Shown: piece after piece, positions 56,258 through 64,000 of the stretch | Numbering within the stretch: the first letter of the stretch is position 1 | Layout: each line of letters begins with the position of its first letter | Assembly: GCA_031292385.1 (NCBI GenBank) | Contig: JARLHE010000031.1 | Span: 34,746 to 98,745, forward strand | Reading direction: 5' to 3' | Length of the DNA: 64,000 nt | DNA from: Oligoflexia bacterium | Lineage (GTDB): Bacteria; Bdellovibrionota; UBA1018 | Made by a program: the position numbers and the translations under genes | The notes under the pieces: model-generated | Database searches by the model: none | The model's input: only the letters and a program-made list of their open reading frames with translations | What the model was told of the DNA's origin: nothing

Positions 56258-57823
56258 ATGAACGGCAAAGTCGTTGCCATTCTCATAACGGCGGCGGTTG
56301 CGTCATTGCTGGAAATCATCGATTCCTCGATCGTGAACGTCGCCATCCCGACGATGATGGGGAATATCGGCGCGACCCTGGATGAAATCAGCTGGGTAAC
56401 GACCGGCTATATGATCGCCAACTCGATCGTATTGCCTATCGCCGCCTGGCTAGGTACGCGGCTTGGCCGCCGAAGGTATTTTACGACGGCCATTCTGCTT
56501 TTCACGATCTCGTCGTTTGCCTGCGGCATGGCGCCCAATCTCCCGATCCTGGTTTTATGCCGGATCATCCAGGGCCTGGCCGGGGGCGCATTGCTGCCGA
56601 CGTCGCAAACTTTGATTCAGGAACAGTTTCCGGCGGAAAAGGCCGGGATGGCCATGGCCATTTTCGGCTTAAGCGTCATGGTGGGGCCGGCGCTGGGCCC
56701 GACTTTGGGCGGCTACCTGACCGATAACTTTGGCTGGCGTTCGATTTTTAACGTCAACGTCCCGATCGGGCTGCTTGCCGCGGTCATGTCTTGGCTCAAC
56801 GTGGAAGATGCCAAGGGCTCCGAAAAGCTTGCCGAGCAGGCGCGGAAATCCGGGGTCGACTGGTTCGGCTTGCTTTTCCTCTGCGTCGGCGTGGGCTGTT
56901 TTCAATATATTCTTGAGCGCGGCGAGGCCGATGGCTGGTGGGATTCGAAGGCGATTCGCGCCTGCGCCGTTTTCGCGTTCCTCGGCATTTCGTCTTTTAT
57001 TTACTGGGAACTTTCGATTCCCAACCCGATCATGAATTTGAGGCTTTTCAAATCGAACGTCGTCCGCTCGGGCACCGCATTGATGCTGATGTTGGGAATC
57101 ATGCTCTACGCGCTGACTTTCGTCGTTCCGATCTTCGTATCGAACGTCATTCCGGTCATGAACGCCACGCAAACCGGAATTCTGTTCATGCCGGGAGCGA
57201 TCGCCACGGCCATCTTCATGCTGCCGGTGGGCAATCTGCTTCGAATCGTGAACCCGAAGGTCCTGGTTTTGATCGGGCTGCTTCTGGGCGAGGCCTCGGT
57301 TTATACGATGTCGCAGTTCACGACCGATTCGAGCGCGAACTCGATTTATCTACCTTTGATTTTGCGCGGAATCGCGATGGCCTTTTTATTCGTGCCGATC
57401 AATCAAATGGTTCTCGGCGCTTTTCGCGGACCGGAGCTCGGACAAGTGGCGGGCATGCAGAACTTTTTTCGGCAAATCGGGGGCAGTATCGGCATTTCGT
57501 CTCTCGACACGTTGCTTACGCGCTTCGGTGCTCAACACTATAACGATCTGATGGCGAGTGTCAGTGCGTTGAATCCCGCAGGTTATCAAAGTTACGTTCG
57601 CAACATGGCCATGCCCGCCGCCAAAATGAGCAGCACGATCGGCCTTTGGGATCCGCAGACGCTTTCGATCAAGGCGCTTTATGGTCGAGTCATGCAACAG
57701 GTCTTCATTATGAGCTTCGATCAATTGTGTTGGGTCATCATGGTGATTATCGCGATGGGCCTGATCCCTCTTTATTTTATCAAGGTGACCAAGTTCTCCG
57801 GTCCGATTATGGACGTTCACTAA
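56258..57823 (+). CDS. MFS drug efflux transporter, DHA2 (EmrB/QacA, 14-TMS) family
   Basis: 521 aa with about 14 TM segments and the MFS motif A (GTRLGRRRY) and motif C (GPALGPTLGG). Confidence 0.85.
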   Translation: MNGKVVAILITAAVASLLEIIDSSIVNVAIPTMMGNIGATLDEISWVTTGYMIANSIVLPIAAWLGTRLGRRRYFTTAILLFTISSFACGMAPNLPILVLCRIIQGLAGGALLPTSQTLIQEQFPAEKAGMAMAIFGLSVMVGPALGPTLGGYLTDNFGWRSIFNVNVPIGLLAAVMSWLNVEDAKGSEKLAEQARKSGVDWFGLLFLCVGVGCFQYILERGEADGWWDSKAIRACAVFAFLGISSFIYWELSIPNPIMNLRLFKSNVVRSGTALMLMLGIMLYALTFVVPIFVSNVIPVMNATQTGILFMPGAIATAIFMLPVGNLLRIVNPKVLVLIGLLLGEASVYTMSQFTTDSSANSIYLPLILRGIAMAFLFVPINQMVLGAFRGPELGQVAGMQNFFRQIGGSIGISSLDTLLTRFGAQHYNDLMASVSALNPAGYQSYVRNMAMPAAKMSSTIGLWDPQTLSIKALYGRVMQQVFIMSFDQLCWVIMVIIAMGLIPLYFIKVTKFSGPIMDVH

Positions 57824-57908
57824 GCCCGGGCTCGCAGCTCCTATCCAGTTGAAATACATTGAGATTAATTAAGGGCGCCTTAGTCAGATAGCCCTGTGCG
57901 TTATTTAG

Positions 57909-57937
57909 TTGACCAATTTAATCAACAGAAGTATAAG
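57909..57937 (+). promoter_or_regulatory. near-consensus sigma70-type promoter (TTGACC-N17-TATAAG)
   Basis: The -35 TTGACC lies at 57909-57914 and the -10 TATAAG at 57932-57937, with a 17-nt spacer, roughly 45 nt upstream of the RBS GGAG and start codon at 57980. Confidence 0.45.
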
Positions 57938-57979
57938 TGGGCCCGGCCGAAAAGCCAAAACTTATCAGGAGTAGTAAAT

Positions 57980-58255
57980 ATGCTTCAGTCCATTTTCCAA
58001 CGATCTTTGGTTGTGATTTCGCTCTTGGGGGCCAGCTTCGCTCAAGCGGGTGGACCGGCAAGCTGCTCGGCAACTTGCTCCGTAAATGGTCAGACCATTT
58101 CCTATACCGACTCGACCCAAGAGGAGGCCCTTGGGCAAATTCTCGAGCAATGCAGCATGGTCACGGGCAAGTACGACCCGAACGCCTATCTTTCCAATGT
58201 CGATTGCGGCAGCAACGGCGACCTGCAGGCAGTTCGCGTGAATTTGGGCGAATAA
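57980..58255 (+). CDS. small secreted 4-Cys protein, unknown function
   Basis: 92 aa. It has a signal peptide (LLGASFAQA|GG). The ~68-aa mature part contains 4 Cys (CSATC ... C ... C). An RBS GGAG lies 7 nt upstream, and the gene is preceded by a consensus promoter. Confidence 0.5.
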   Translation: MLQSIFQRSLVVISLLGASFAQAGGPASCSATCSVNGQTISYTDSTQEEALGQILEQCSMVTGKYDPNAYLSNVDCGSNGDLQAVRVNLGE

Positions 58256-58309
58256 AATACATAGCCCGCCGGGACCATTCCCGAGCGGGCTACGACTTTT
58301 TCGGGACAA

Positions 58310-58567
58310 TTACTGAGACATTTTATTTTCGGTTTTCTCAGCTTCGCTCTTCGCTTTGTCCGTCGTGTTGTTCAACTGATCCTTAGCCTTCTTGGCGGAG
58401 GTGCTGGTAGATTTCTTTGCCTTGTGCACAGTACTCTTGCTTTCCGCTTGAACGTCGCCGGCTTTGTTCTTGATCTGCGTTTCCGCGTCATCCGCATGAG
58501 CTTGAGCTGACAGCCATAAAGCCATTCCCGCCAAAAAAAGAGAGATCGGTCTTTTGTTCATGCCCAT
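58310..58567 (-). CDS. small secreted Lys-rich low-complexity protein, unknown function
   Basis: 85 aa. It has a signal peptide (LWLSAQAHA|DD). The mature region is K/S/T/A/E-rich and is predicted to be disordered or helical. Confidence 0.45.
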   Translation of the reverse strand: MGMNKRPISLFLAGMALWLSAQAHADDAETQIKNKAGDVQAESKSTVHKAKKSTSTSAKKAKDQLNNTTDKAKSEAEKTENKMSQ

Positions 58568-58594
58568 GAGTCATGCAACCGATATACCCCTTCC

Positions 58595-60418
58595 TTAGTA
58601 CGATTGCTTAGGCTGGTAGTTGATCGACACCGAGTCGGTCGACAAAATGCCCGGATAGCCGTTGGTTCCGAAGATGACATCGTTATTGAGCGAGATTTGA
58701 TTTCCGCTGATGGTGTAGTCGTTCGCGCTGACGGTATAGCCGGTTCCGTCGGCATGGAGCACGGTTATGATCATTTCCTCGCTGTTGGTCGGGTCGCGCG
58801 TGAGCGTGAACGTAAAGCGCTGGCTGATGATCGCTTGGCCGATCGAGGTCAGGATCGTCGAGTAATCACCGCTCGTCATGTCGTACGAGCCCGAACCGCC
58901 GCCGACAAGGTCGGCAAGCTGGATATACCGGTCACCGCGGTCCGAGGTGACGTCATAGTACTCGTTACAGGAGCCGAAAATTTTCTGCTGCTCGGGGCAG
59001 CGCTGGGATTCGTGCAGCGTTTTCACGCCCGCCGCGGTCGTGACCACGATGGATGCCACGAGGTAATTCGGCGAAGAGCCGGTGTTGCCGTCGAGCTCAG
59101 TGAAGAAGTTGTCGAACTTCGTTTTGACATCGGCCACCGGCATGAGCACCGCGCTATTCGAGTTACTGGCGGCGGTAGGATAGCCCTTTGGACAAACCGG
59201 AATGATGTAAGAATACGATCCGGAGCTGTCGCTCACGGTTTTGACCGCGCAGCAATTAGCCGTTTGCCCGCTGCCCGGCGTGACCGGGCAGTTGGTCGTG
59301 CGGTTCGCGGAGTTGTCGGTGTAAATATAGCCCGAGAAAACATCGCTCGGATTGACGAGGGATGAGGGGGTCGGGTCGAGCGGGTCGGTCGCGTCCAGGC
59401 TGATGCTCTGGTCGTCTTCGTCGGAAACGAACACGATGATCCGAATCGAGCCTTGGCGGAAGAACGGGTTCGCATTGGCGCCGCGAGTGGCAGAGCTTTC
59501 GTTGTCGCGCATCAGCTCGAGCACGGAGCTCATGCCGCGCTCGGATCCGGAGCCGTCGCTCCCGGTGCTGAGGTTGGTGAGGAAGTTGTTCACGAGAGCA
59601 TTGGTCCAGGCGTTGTTCGCGGGCGTGCCATTGGGCGGAATCGTCGAGATGATCGGAAGGCCCGAGTGAACCGTGTCGTTTTCGAAAGTGTTCACGCATT
59701 GGGTGGTGCTGTCTTCCGCATTGCCGAATTCGTCGTTGCCGCTCGGGTTGACGCAATGGCTGATGCCGCGGTTGGGGCTCTGGTCGCGGATGTAGCAAAG
59801 GGACTGACCGAAGAAGAAATAGGTATTGAATTCGTAGCAGAGCGAGGCGAGCGGGCCGTCGTGTTGGCTATTGGACGAGAGCAAGCCCCAGTTCGGGCCA
59901 TAAGCCGGATACAGATCGTTCACGGTGGCGTTGAAAGTGAAGTCGCCCGACGAGTTGATCCCGTTTGTCGGCCAGTTCGTATAGGAGGGATTCACGAACG
60001 TGGAAGTGAGTCCCGCTACCGTATCGGTGGAGCCGGTGTACGGAACGGATGATTGCTTGCCCAGGTATTTTGATACGGTTCCGTTGCCGATGCCGGTGAG
60101 TCCGAGGTAATTCGAAAACTGCGGGTTCGCCAAGTACGTGTCCGTGGTGATCGCGGCCATGCGAATATCCCATTGAGGCTTCATGTACTGGGCAGCGAAA
60201 GCGCCGAAACCCGCTCTTAGGGTTTTTTGCGAAACGTCCATGCTCGCTGAATTGTCGACCACCCAGAGCATGTCGATTTTGGTATTCACCTGCTGACTGG
60301 TTTGAAACACCTGCAGCTGCTGGGCAAGGCGGAACGAGTTCGGAATCTGTTGGGTACAGGCCGACATCGCGAGAGTAGCAGCCGAAAGGGCAATGAGGCG
60401 TTCTGGATGCTTGGTCAT
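58595..60418 (-). CDS. secreted lipoprotein with N-terminal von Willebrand factor A (VWA/MIDAS) domain
   Basis: 607 aa. It has a signal peptide with a Cys (LAMSAC) and a MIDAS-like DxSxS motif (MLWVVDNSASMDVSQ). The remainder is Cys-rich (over 14 Cys) and rich in N/S/T/G. Confidence 0.6.
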   Translation of the reverse strand: MTKHPERLIALSAATLAMSACTQQIPNSFRLAQQLQVFQTSQQVNTKIDMLWVVDNSASMDVSQKTLRAGFGAFAAQYMKPQWDIRMAAITTDTYLANPQFSNYLGLTGIGNGTVSKYLGKQSSVPYTGSTDTVAGLTSTFVNPSYTNWPTNGINSSGDFTFNATVNDLYPAYGPNWGLLSSNSQHDGPLASLCYEFNTYFFFGQSLCYIRDQSPNRGISHCVNPSGNDEFGNAEDSTTQCVNTFENDTVHSGLPIISTIPPNGTPANNAWTNALVNNFLTNLSTGSDGSGSERGMSSVLELMRDNESSATRGANANPFFRQGSIRIIVFVSDEDDQSISLDATDPLDPTPSSLVNPSDVFSGYIYTDNSANRTTNCPVTPGSGQTANCCAVKTVSDSSGSYSYIIPVCPKGYPTAASNSNSAVLMPVADVKTKFDNFFTELDGNTGSSPNYLVASIVVTTAAGVKTLHESQRCPEQQKIFGSCNEYYDVTSDRGDRYIQLADLVGGGSGSYDMTSGDYSTILTSIGQAIISQRFTFTLTRDPTNSEEMIITVLHADGTGYTVSANDYTISGNQISLNNDVIFGTNGYPGILSTDSVSINYQPKQSY

Positions 60419-60518
60419 AATGTTAATATATTATAACATTTAATACAAAAGTAAACGTTTTAAATCGGGTATAAAAACCCCAAGCTTTTCAAGGGGCTGT
60501 CTGCTACCCTGGTAGACA

Positions 60519-61025
60519 ATGCGCCAGCTAAAGCGGTTTGGGCTTGTTTTTGGAGTCGTTGCGGTATCCACGCTCTTTGACCAGTGGTCAAAACAGATCG
60601 CGATCGACGAGTTTCGAGGACGTCCTCCGGTTATCTATCTCTATAATTTCTTTCGTTTCGATTACGCGGAAAACCCCGGAGCCTTTTTGAGCCTTGGCGC
60701 AAGTCTTTCCCCGGAAGCCCGGCTTTGGACTCTTTCCATCGCGGTAGCGGTTTTTCTTGCGGCGCTCGCTGTCTACGTGGTTCGGACTAGGTCAATGAGC
60801 CGGGTCCAAACCCTCGCGCTTTCTCTCGTCCTGGGGGGCGGGGTCAGCAATTTGATCGACCGTTTTTTTCGGCCCAGCGGCCGTGTCGTCGATTTCATGA
60901 ATATGGGGATCGGCAGTTTACGAACGGGCGTCTTCAATATTGCCGACATGCTGATTATGGCGGGAATTTTTGTCTTCCTGTTCACGAATCTCGCGCAAGC
61001 CGCGGAAGAAAAGCGCTCTCGTTAG
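60519..61025 (+). CDS. lspA: lipoprotein signal peptidase (signal peptidase II)
   Basis: 168 aa with 4 TM segments and the conserved LspA blocks (FDYAENPGAFLSLG, GGVSNLIDR, VVDFM, FNIADM). Confidence 0.85.
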   Translation: MRQLKRFGLVFGVVAVSTLFDQWSKQIAIDEFRGRPPVIYLYNFFRFDYAENPGAFLSLGASLSPEARLWTLSIAVAVFLAALAVYVVRTRSMSRVQTLALSLVLGGGVSNLIDRFFRPSGRVVDFMNMGIGSLRTGVFNIADMLIMAGIFVFLFTNLAQAAEEKRSR

Positions 61026-63496
61026 CCTTTGGGCTTGAGGTCCTTGCGAAGCGCGGCCAGCGCTCCGAAAGGATTATTCCTCGGCGCCGGAGCAGGCCTT
61101 GGATGCGAAGGCCGGCCGCCCACCGTGGCGTGCGGCCGCGCCGATCTGGAGCCTGGAGCCGGAATCTTAATGGCATGCGGGCTAAGGGTCTCAGGCGTCG
61201 CTTTGGGTGCCGATGCTCCTCGAATCGGTTTGGGAGCCGGCTTGGCCGCGCGCGGCTTGGCTTCGCGTGGAGCTTGCTTCGGGGTATCGATTTTCATCGT
61301 GAGCGAAATCTGGTTTTTCTCGCGATTGACTTCGAGGACTTTCACCTTCACCTGATCGCCGGGACTGACGGCTTCGCGCGGATCCTTCACGAAACGCGCG
61401 CTGAGCTGGGAAATGTGAACGAGCCCGTCCTGATGAACTCCGATGTCAACGAAAGCCCCGAAATTCGTGACATTGGTCACGATGCCCGGGCAGATCATCC
61501 CCGGTTGCAGATCCTTCACTTCGAAAATATCGTCGCGGAACGAAAAGGGAACGAAAGGGTCGCGCGGGTCGCGCCCGGGCTTCTCAAGCTCTTCGATCAT
61601 GTCGCGGTAGGTGAATTCACCGATATCGTTCTTTAGTTTGTGAGCGCCGGCCTCTTTAATCAACCGCACGCCAGGGCCCATGAGCTCTTGAACCGATTTG
61701 CCGAGCTCTTGCGCGAGGCTTTCGAGAAGTGGATAGCGCTCGGGGTGAACGCCCGTGTTGTCCAGCGGGTTATTGCCCTCGGGGATCCGCAAAAAGCCGG
61801 CTGCTTGCTCGAACGCTTTCTTCGAAAAGCGCGGAACATCCATGAGCTCTTGGCGGGATTTGAAAATTCCCTTTTCGCCGCGGAATTCAACGATCGACTT
61901 AGCGAGCGAATCGCCGATTCCCGACACATGGGCCAGAAGATGATAGGACGCGGTGTTGATATTCACTCCGACCGTGTTCACGCAAGAGTCGACCACGAAG
62001 TCCAGGCTTCTCTTCAGCGAATTGGGAGCGACATCGTGTTGGTATTGGCCTACTCCGATGCTCTTGGGGTCGACCTTGACCAGTTCGGCCAAGGGATCTT
62101 GAAGCCGGCGGGCAATTGAAATAGCGCCGCGGACGGTGACATCCAGATCGGGAAATTCCTCGCGAGCGACCTCGCTGGCGGAATAAACACTCGCTCCAGC
62201 CTCGCTCACCATGACGACGGGCACGTTGATGCCGGCCTCTTTCAGGGTCGTGCGCAGGAATGTCTCGGTTTCCCGCCCGTGGGTACCGTTGCCGACCGCG
62301 ATGGCGGCCAGTTCGGCGTTTTTGGCGACTTCGAGAATGGTCTTTTTCGCGGAATCCTTCGCGTTGTCGCCCGCCGCGAGGTGGATGACGGTGCTTGCGA
62401 TATATTTGCCCGAACCGTCGATAACGGCGAGCTTGCAGCCCGTGCGCACGCCCGGGTCGACGCCGAGCACGGCCTTCGGACCCAGCGGAGAGGCGAGCAG
62501 AAGCTTGCGGACGTTTTCCGAGAAGACGCGGATGGAGGCTTCATCGGCCACTTCTTTGAGCGCTTTATGGGCCTCGTTTTCCATGCTGGGGAGTACGTGC
62601 GCCTTGAGCGCGAGCCGCCCGGATTTGGCGAGCACTTCCCGGATCGCGGGGTCGGTATCGGCGGAAAGGGGCGGGGCATCGGTGCCGTAAGCATAGGCCG
62701 TGAACGCGTCAAGGAGCTTTTGCTCGAAGTCGGGTTCCTTCTCGGAGCCGCCAAGCGCCAGGCGCAGCTCTTCTTCCATCCAGCCGCGGCGGATCGCCAG
62801 GTAGCGGTGGGAGTTCTGCGGCAAGAGCAACGCACGAATCGGCTCTTCATAGGCGAAGTAGCCTTCGTATTTGCTGTTCGGCTTTGCCTTCTCGCCTTTC
62901 GTCACGCGCACCACGCCTTGTTCCATCAGTGCCGTGCGAACAAGCTGTCGCAGTTCGCGAGTTTCGGAAATGCGCTCGATCAAAATATTCTGCGCGCCAT
63001 CGATCGCGGAGTCCGCGTCGTTGATGCCCGCCTTTTCATTGCGAAAGGTAAACGCCCAGATCGCGAGCGTCTGACCGGGCTGCGGAACCTCGGTGCCGCG
63101 CGAGCAATTCCAAATCCAGTCGGCCAGCGGCTCAAGTCCCGCCTCGCGGGCCTGTTGGGCTTTGGTTTTGCGTTTGAGCTTATAAGGAAGATAAATGTCG
63201 TCGAGCTCCTCGAGCTGGAAGGTCGATCCGATTTTCGATTTCAGTTCGTCCGTGAGTTTTCCTTGGGCTTCGATTTGCTCCAGGATGAATTTTTGCCGGT
63301 GAAGGATCTGATCCCATTTTTCCTTCGAATCGATGACGGCTTGGATCGCGACTTCATTGAGGTTGCCGGTCTGCTCCTTTCGGTAGCGTGCGATGAAGGG
63401 CAGCGTCGATCCTTCGGCGGTGAGGCTGAGAACGGCGAGCGCGGACGCGGCCGGAACTTCAGGATGAACGTCTTTGAACCAGGACTCAAAATTCAC
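61022..63496 (-). CDS. tex: transcription accessory protein Tex (S1/YqgF/HhH)
   Basis: 824 aa. It has the Tex N-terminus (LPFIARYRKEQTG), a YqgF/RNase-H-like domain, HhH motifs and a C-terminal S1 domain (GMICPGIVTNVTNFGAFVDIG...GDQVKVKVLEVN). A basic Pro/Ala-rich C-terminal tail is also present. Confidence 0.9.
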   Translation of the reverse strand: MNFESWFKDVHPEVPAASALAVLSLTAEGSTLPFIARYRKEQTGNLNEVAIQAVIDSKEKWDQILHRQKFILEQIEAQGKLTDELKSKIGSTFQLEELDDIYLPYKLKRKTKAQQAREAGLEPLADWIWNCSRGTEVPQPGQTLAIWAFTFRNEKAGINDADSAIDGAQNILIERISETRELRQLVRTALMEQGVVRVTKGEKAKPNSKYEGYFAYEEPIRALLLPQNSHRYLAIRRGWMEEELRLALGGSEKEPDFEQKLLDAFTAYAYGTDAPPLSADTDPAIREVLAKSGRLALKAHVLPSMENEAHKALKEVADEASIRVFSENVRKLLLASPLGPKAVLGVDPGVRTGCKLAVIDGSGKYIASTVIHLAAGDNAKDSAKKTILEVAKNAELAAIAVGNGTHGRETETFLRTTLKEAGINVPVVMVSEAGASVYSASEVAREEFPDLDVTVRGAISIARRLQDPLAELVKVDPKSIGVGQYQHDVAPNSLKRSLDFVVDSCVNTVGVNINTASYHLLAHVSGIGDSLAKSIVEFRGEKGIFKSRQELMDVPRFSKKAFEQAAGFLRIPEGNNPLDNTGVHPERYPLLESLAQELGKSVQELMGPGVRLIKEAGAHKLKNDIGEFTYRDMIEELEKPGRDPRDPFVPFSFRDDIFEVKDLQPGMICPGIVTNVTNFGAFVDIGVHQDGLVHISQLSARFVKDPREAVSPGDQVKVKVLEVNREKNQISLTMKIDTPKQAPREAKPRAAKPAPKPIRGASAPKATPETLSPHAIKIPAPGSRSARPHATVGGRPSHPRPAPAPRNNPFGALAALRKDLKPKG

Positions 63497-63635
63497 GAAA
63501 AAAACTCCTTACTTCACGTACTGCTCGTCTAACACTGATCGCTAAAAATCGCGAGGAAAGCGTGCGTCATTTATTAACCATAAACTAACGAAACTCTCTT
63601 GACCATCCTCTTACTTCAAGGCTTTCTTAGGGGTC

Positions 63636-64000
63636 ATGACCGATGGTCCGATCGCGACGGCCGATTCCGAGTTTCTGAACCGGGAGTTGAGCTGGCTGGA
63701 ATTCAATCAGCGAGTTTTGCACGAGGCTCTCGACCCGCGGACCCCCTTGCTGGAGCGGGTCAATTTCTTGAGTATTTTTCGCTCCAACTTGGACGAGTTT
63801 TTTATGAAGCGCGTCGGCGGGCTGAAGAGGCAAGTCGCCGCCAAGGTCGGGACCAAAGCCGGCAATGATATTCCTCCCGAGACCCAACTGGTCCTGATTC
63901 GGAACAAGATCAAATCGCTGCTCGATCTCCAAACTGACGGCATCATGCAGCAAATCCGGCCGGCTCTTTTCGAAGAGGGGGTCCATCTTTTGCGCTGGGA
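63636..64000 (+). CDS. ppk: polyphosphate kinase 1, N-terminal fragment (continues beyond the window)
   Basis: The PPK1 N-domain motifs are present (FLNRELSWLEFNQRVLHEA, ERVNFLSIFRSNLDEFFMKRV). The ORF is open to the window end. Confidence 0.85.
   Translation, partial: MTDGPIATADSEFLNRELSWLEFNQRVLHEALDPRTPLLERVNFLSIFRSNLDEFFMKRVGGLKRQVAAKVGTKAGNDIPPETQLVLIRNKIKSLLDLQTDGIMQQIRPALFEEGVHLLRW

Overview
The window is a core chromosomal region with about 58% GC that contains the probable replication origin, from a Gram-negative bacterium. Features suggesting a Myxococcota/Bdellovibrionota-like lineage: a split F1F0 ATP synthase operon with atpZ/atpI, a bactofilin gene translationally coupled to parAB, Cys-rich FGFR-type repeat proteins, and many lipoproteins. 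I could support 59 protein-coding genes, one tRNA-Gly(CCC), an rpmH gene missing from the ORF track, a dense DnaA-box cluster (putative oriC), two parS sites, and a few regulatory hairpins or operators.

Noteworthy organisation:
- The DnaA-box cluster lies directly upstream of dnaN. dnaA sits about 9 kb away, divergent from rpmH.
- On the left of oriC, dnaN-recF-gyrB-fabH-gyrA-bamD-atpZ-atpI-atpB-atpE form one co-directional chain with start/stop overlaps of a few to ~11 nt.
- On the right, an equally compact 8.7 kb chain (rpmH-rnpA-yidD-yidC-mnmE-hbd-crt-acd-mutase large-mutase small) is transcribed towards oriC. It would be head-on to a rightward replication fork.
- The rest of the window holds: pdxA, pmm/pgm, uvrA, a fatty-aldehyde-type ALDH, class II (B12) RNR nrdJ, mnmG-rsmG-parA-parB-bactofilin, atpF'FHAGDC, a large membrane-anchored repeat protein, an MltD-like lytic transglycosylase, P5C dehydrogenase, lipoproteins including an M43-like metzincin, ubiB, RNase R/II, a Cys-rich repeat protein, patatin, marR/tolC-emrAB, a small cluster of secreted proteins with a VWA lipoprotein, lspA, tex and ppk1.

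I see no CRISPR array, mobile element or recognisable defence island. The most unusual aspects are the origin architecture and a few small secreted/VWA proteins of unknown function.
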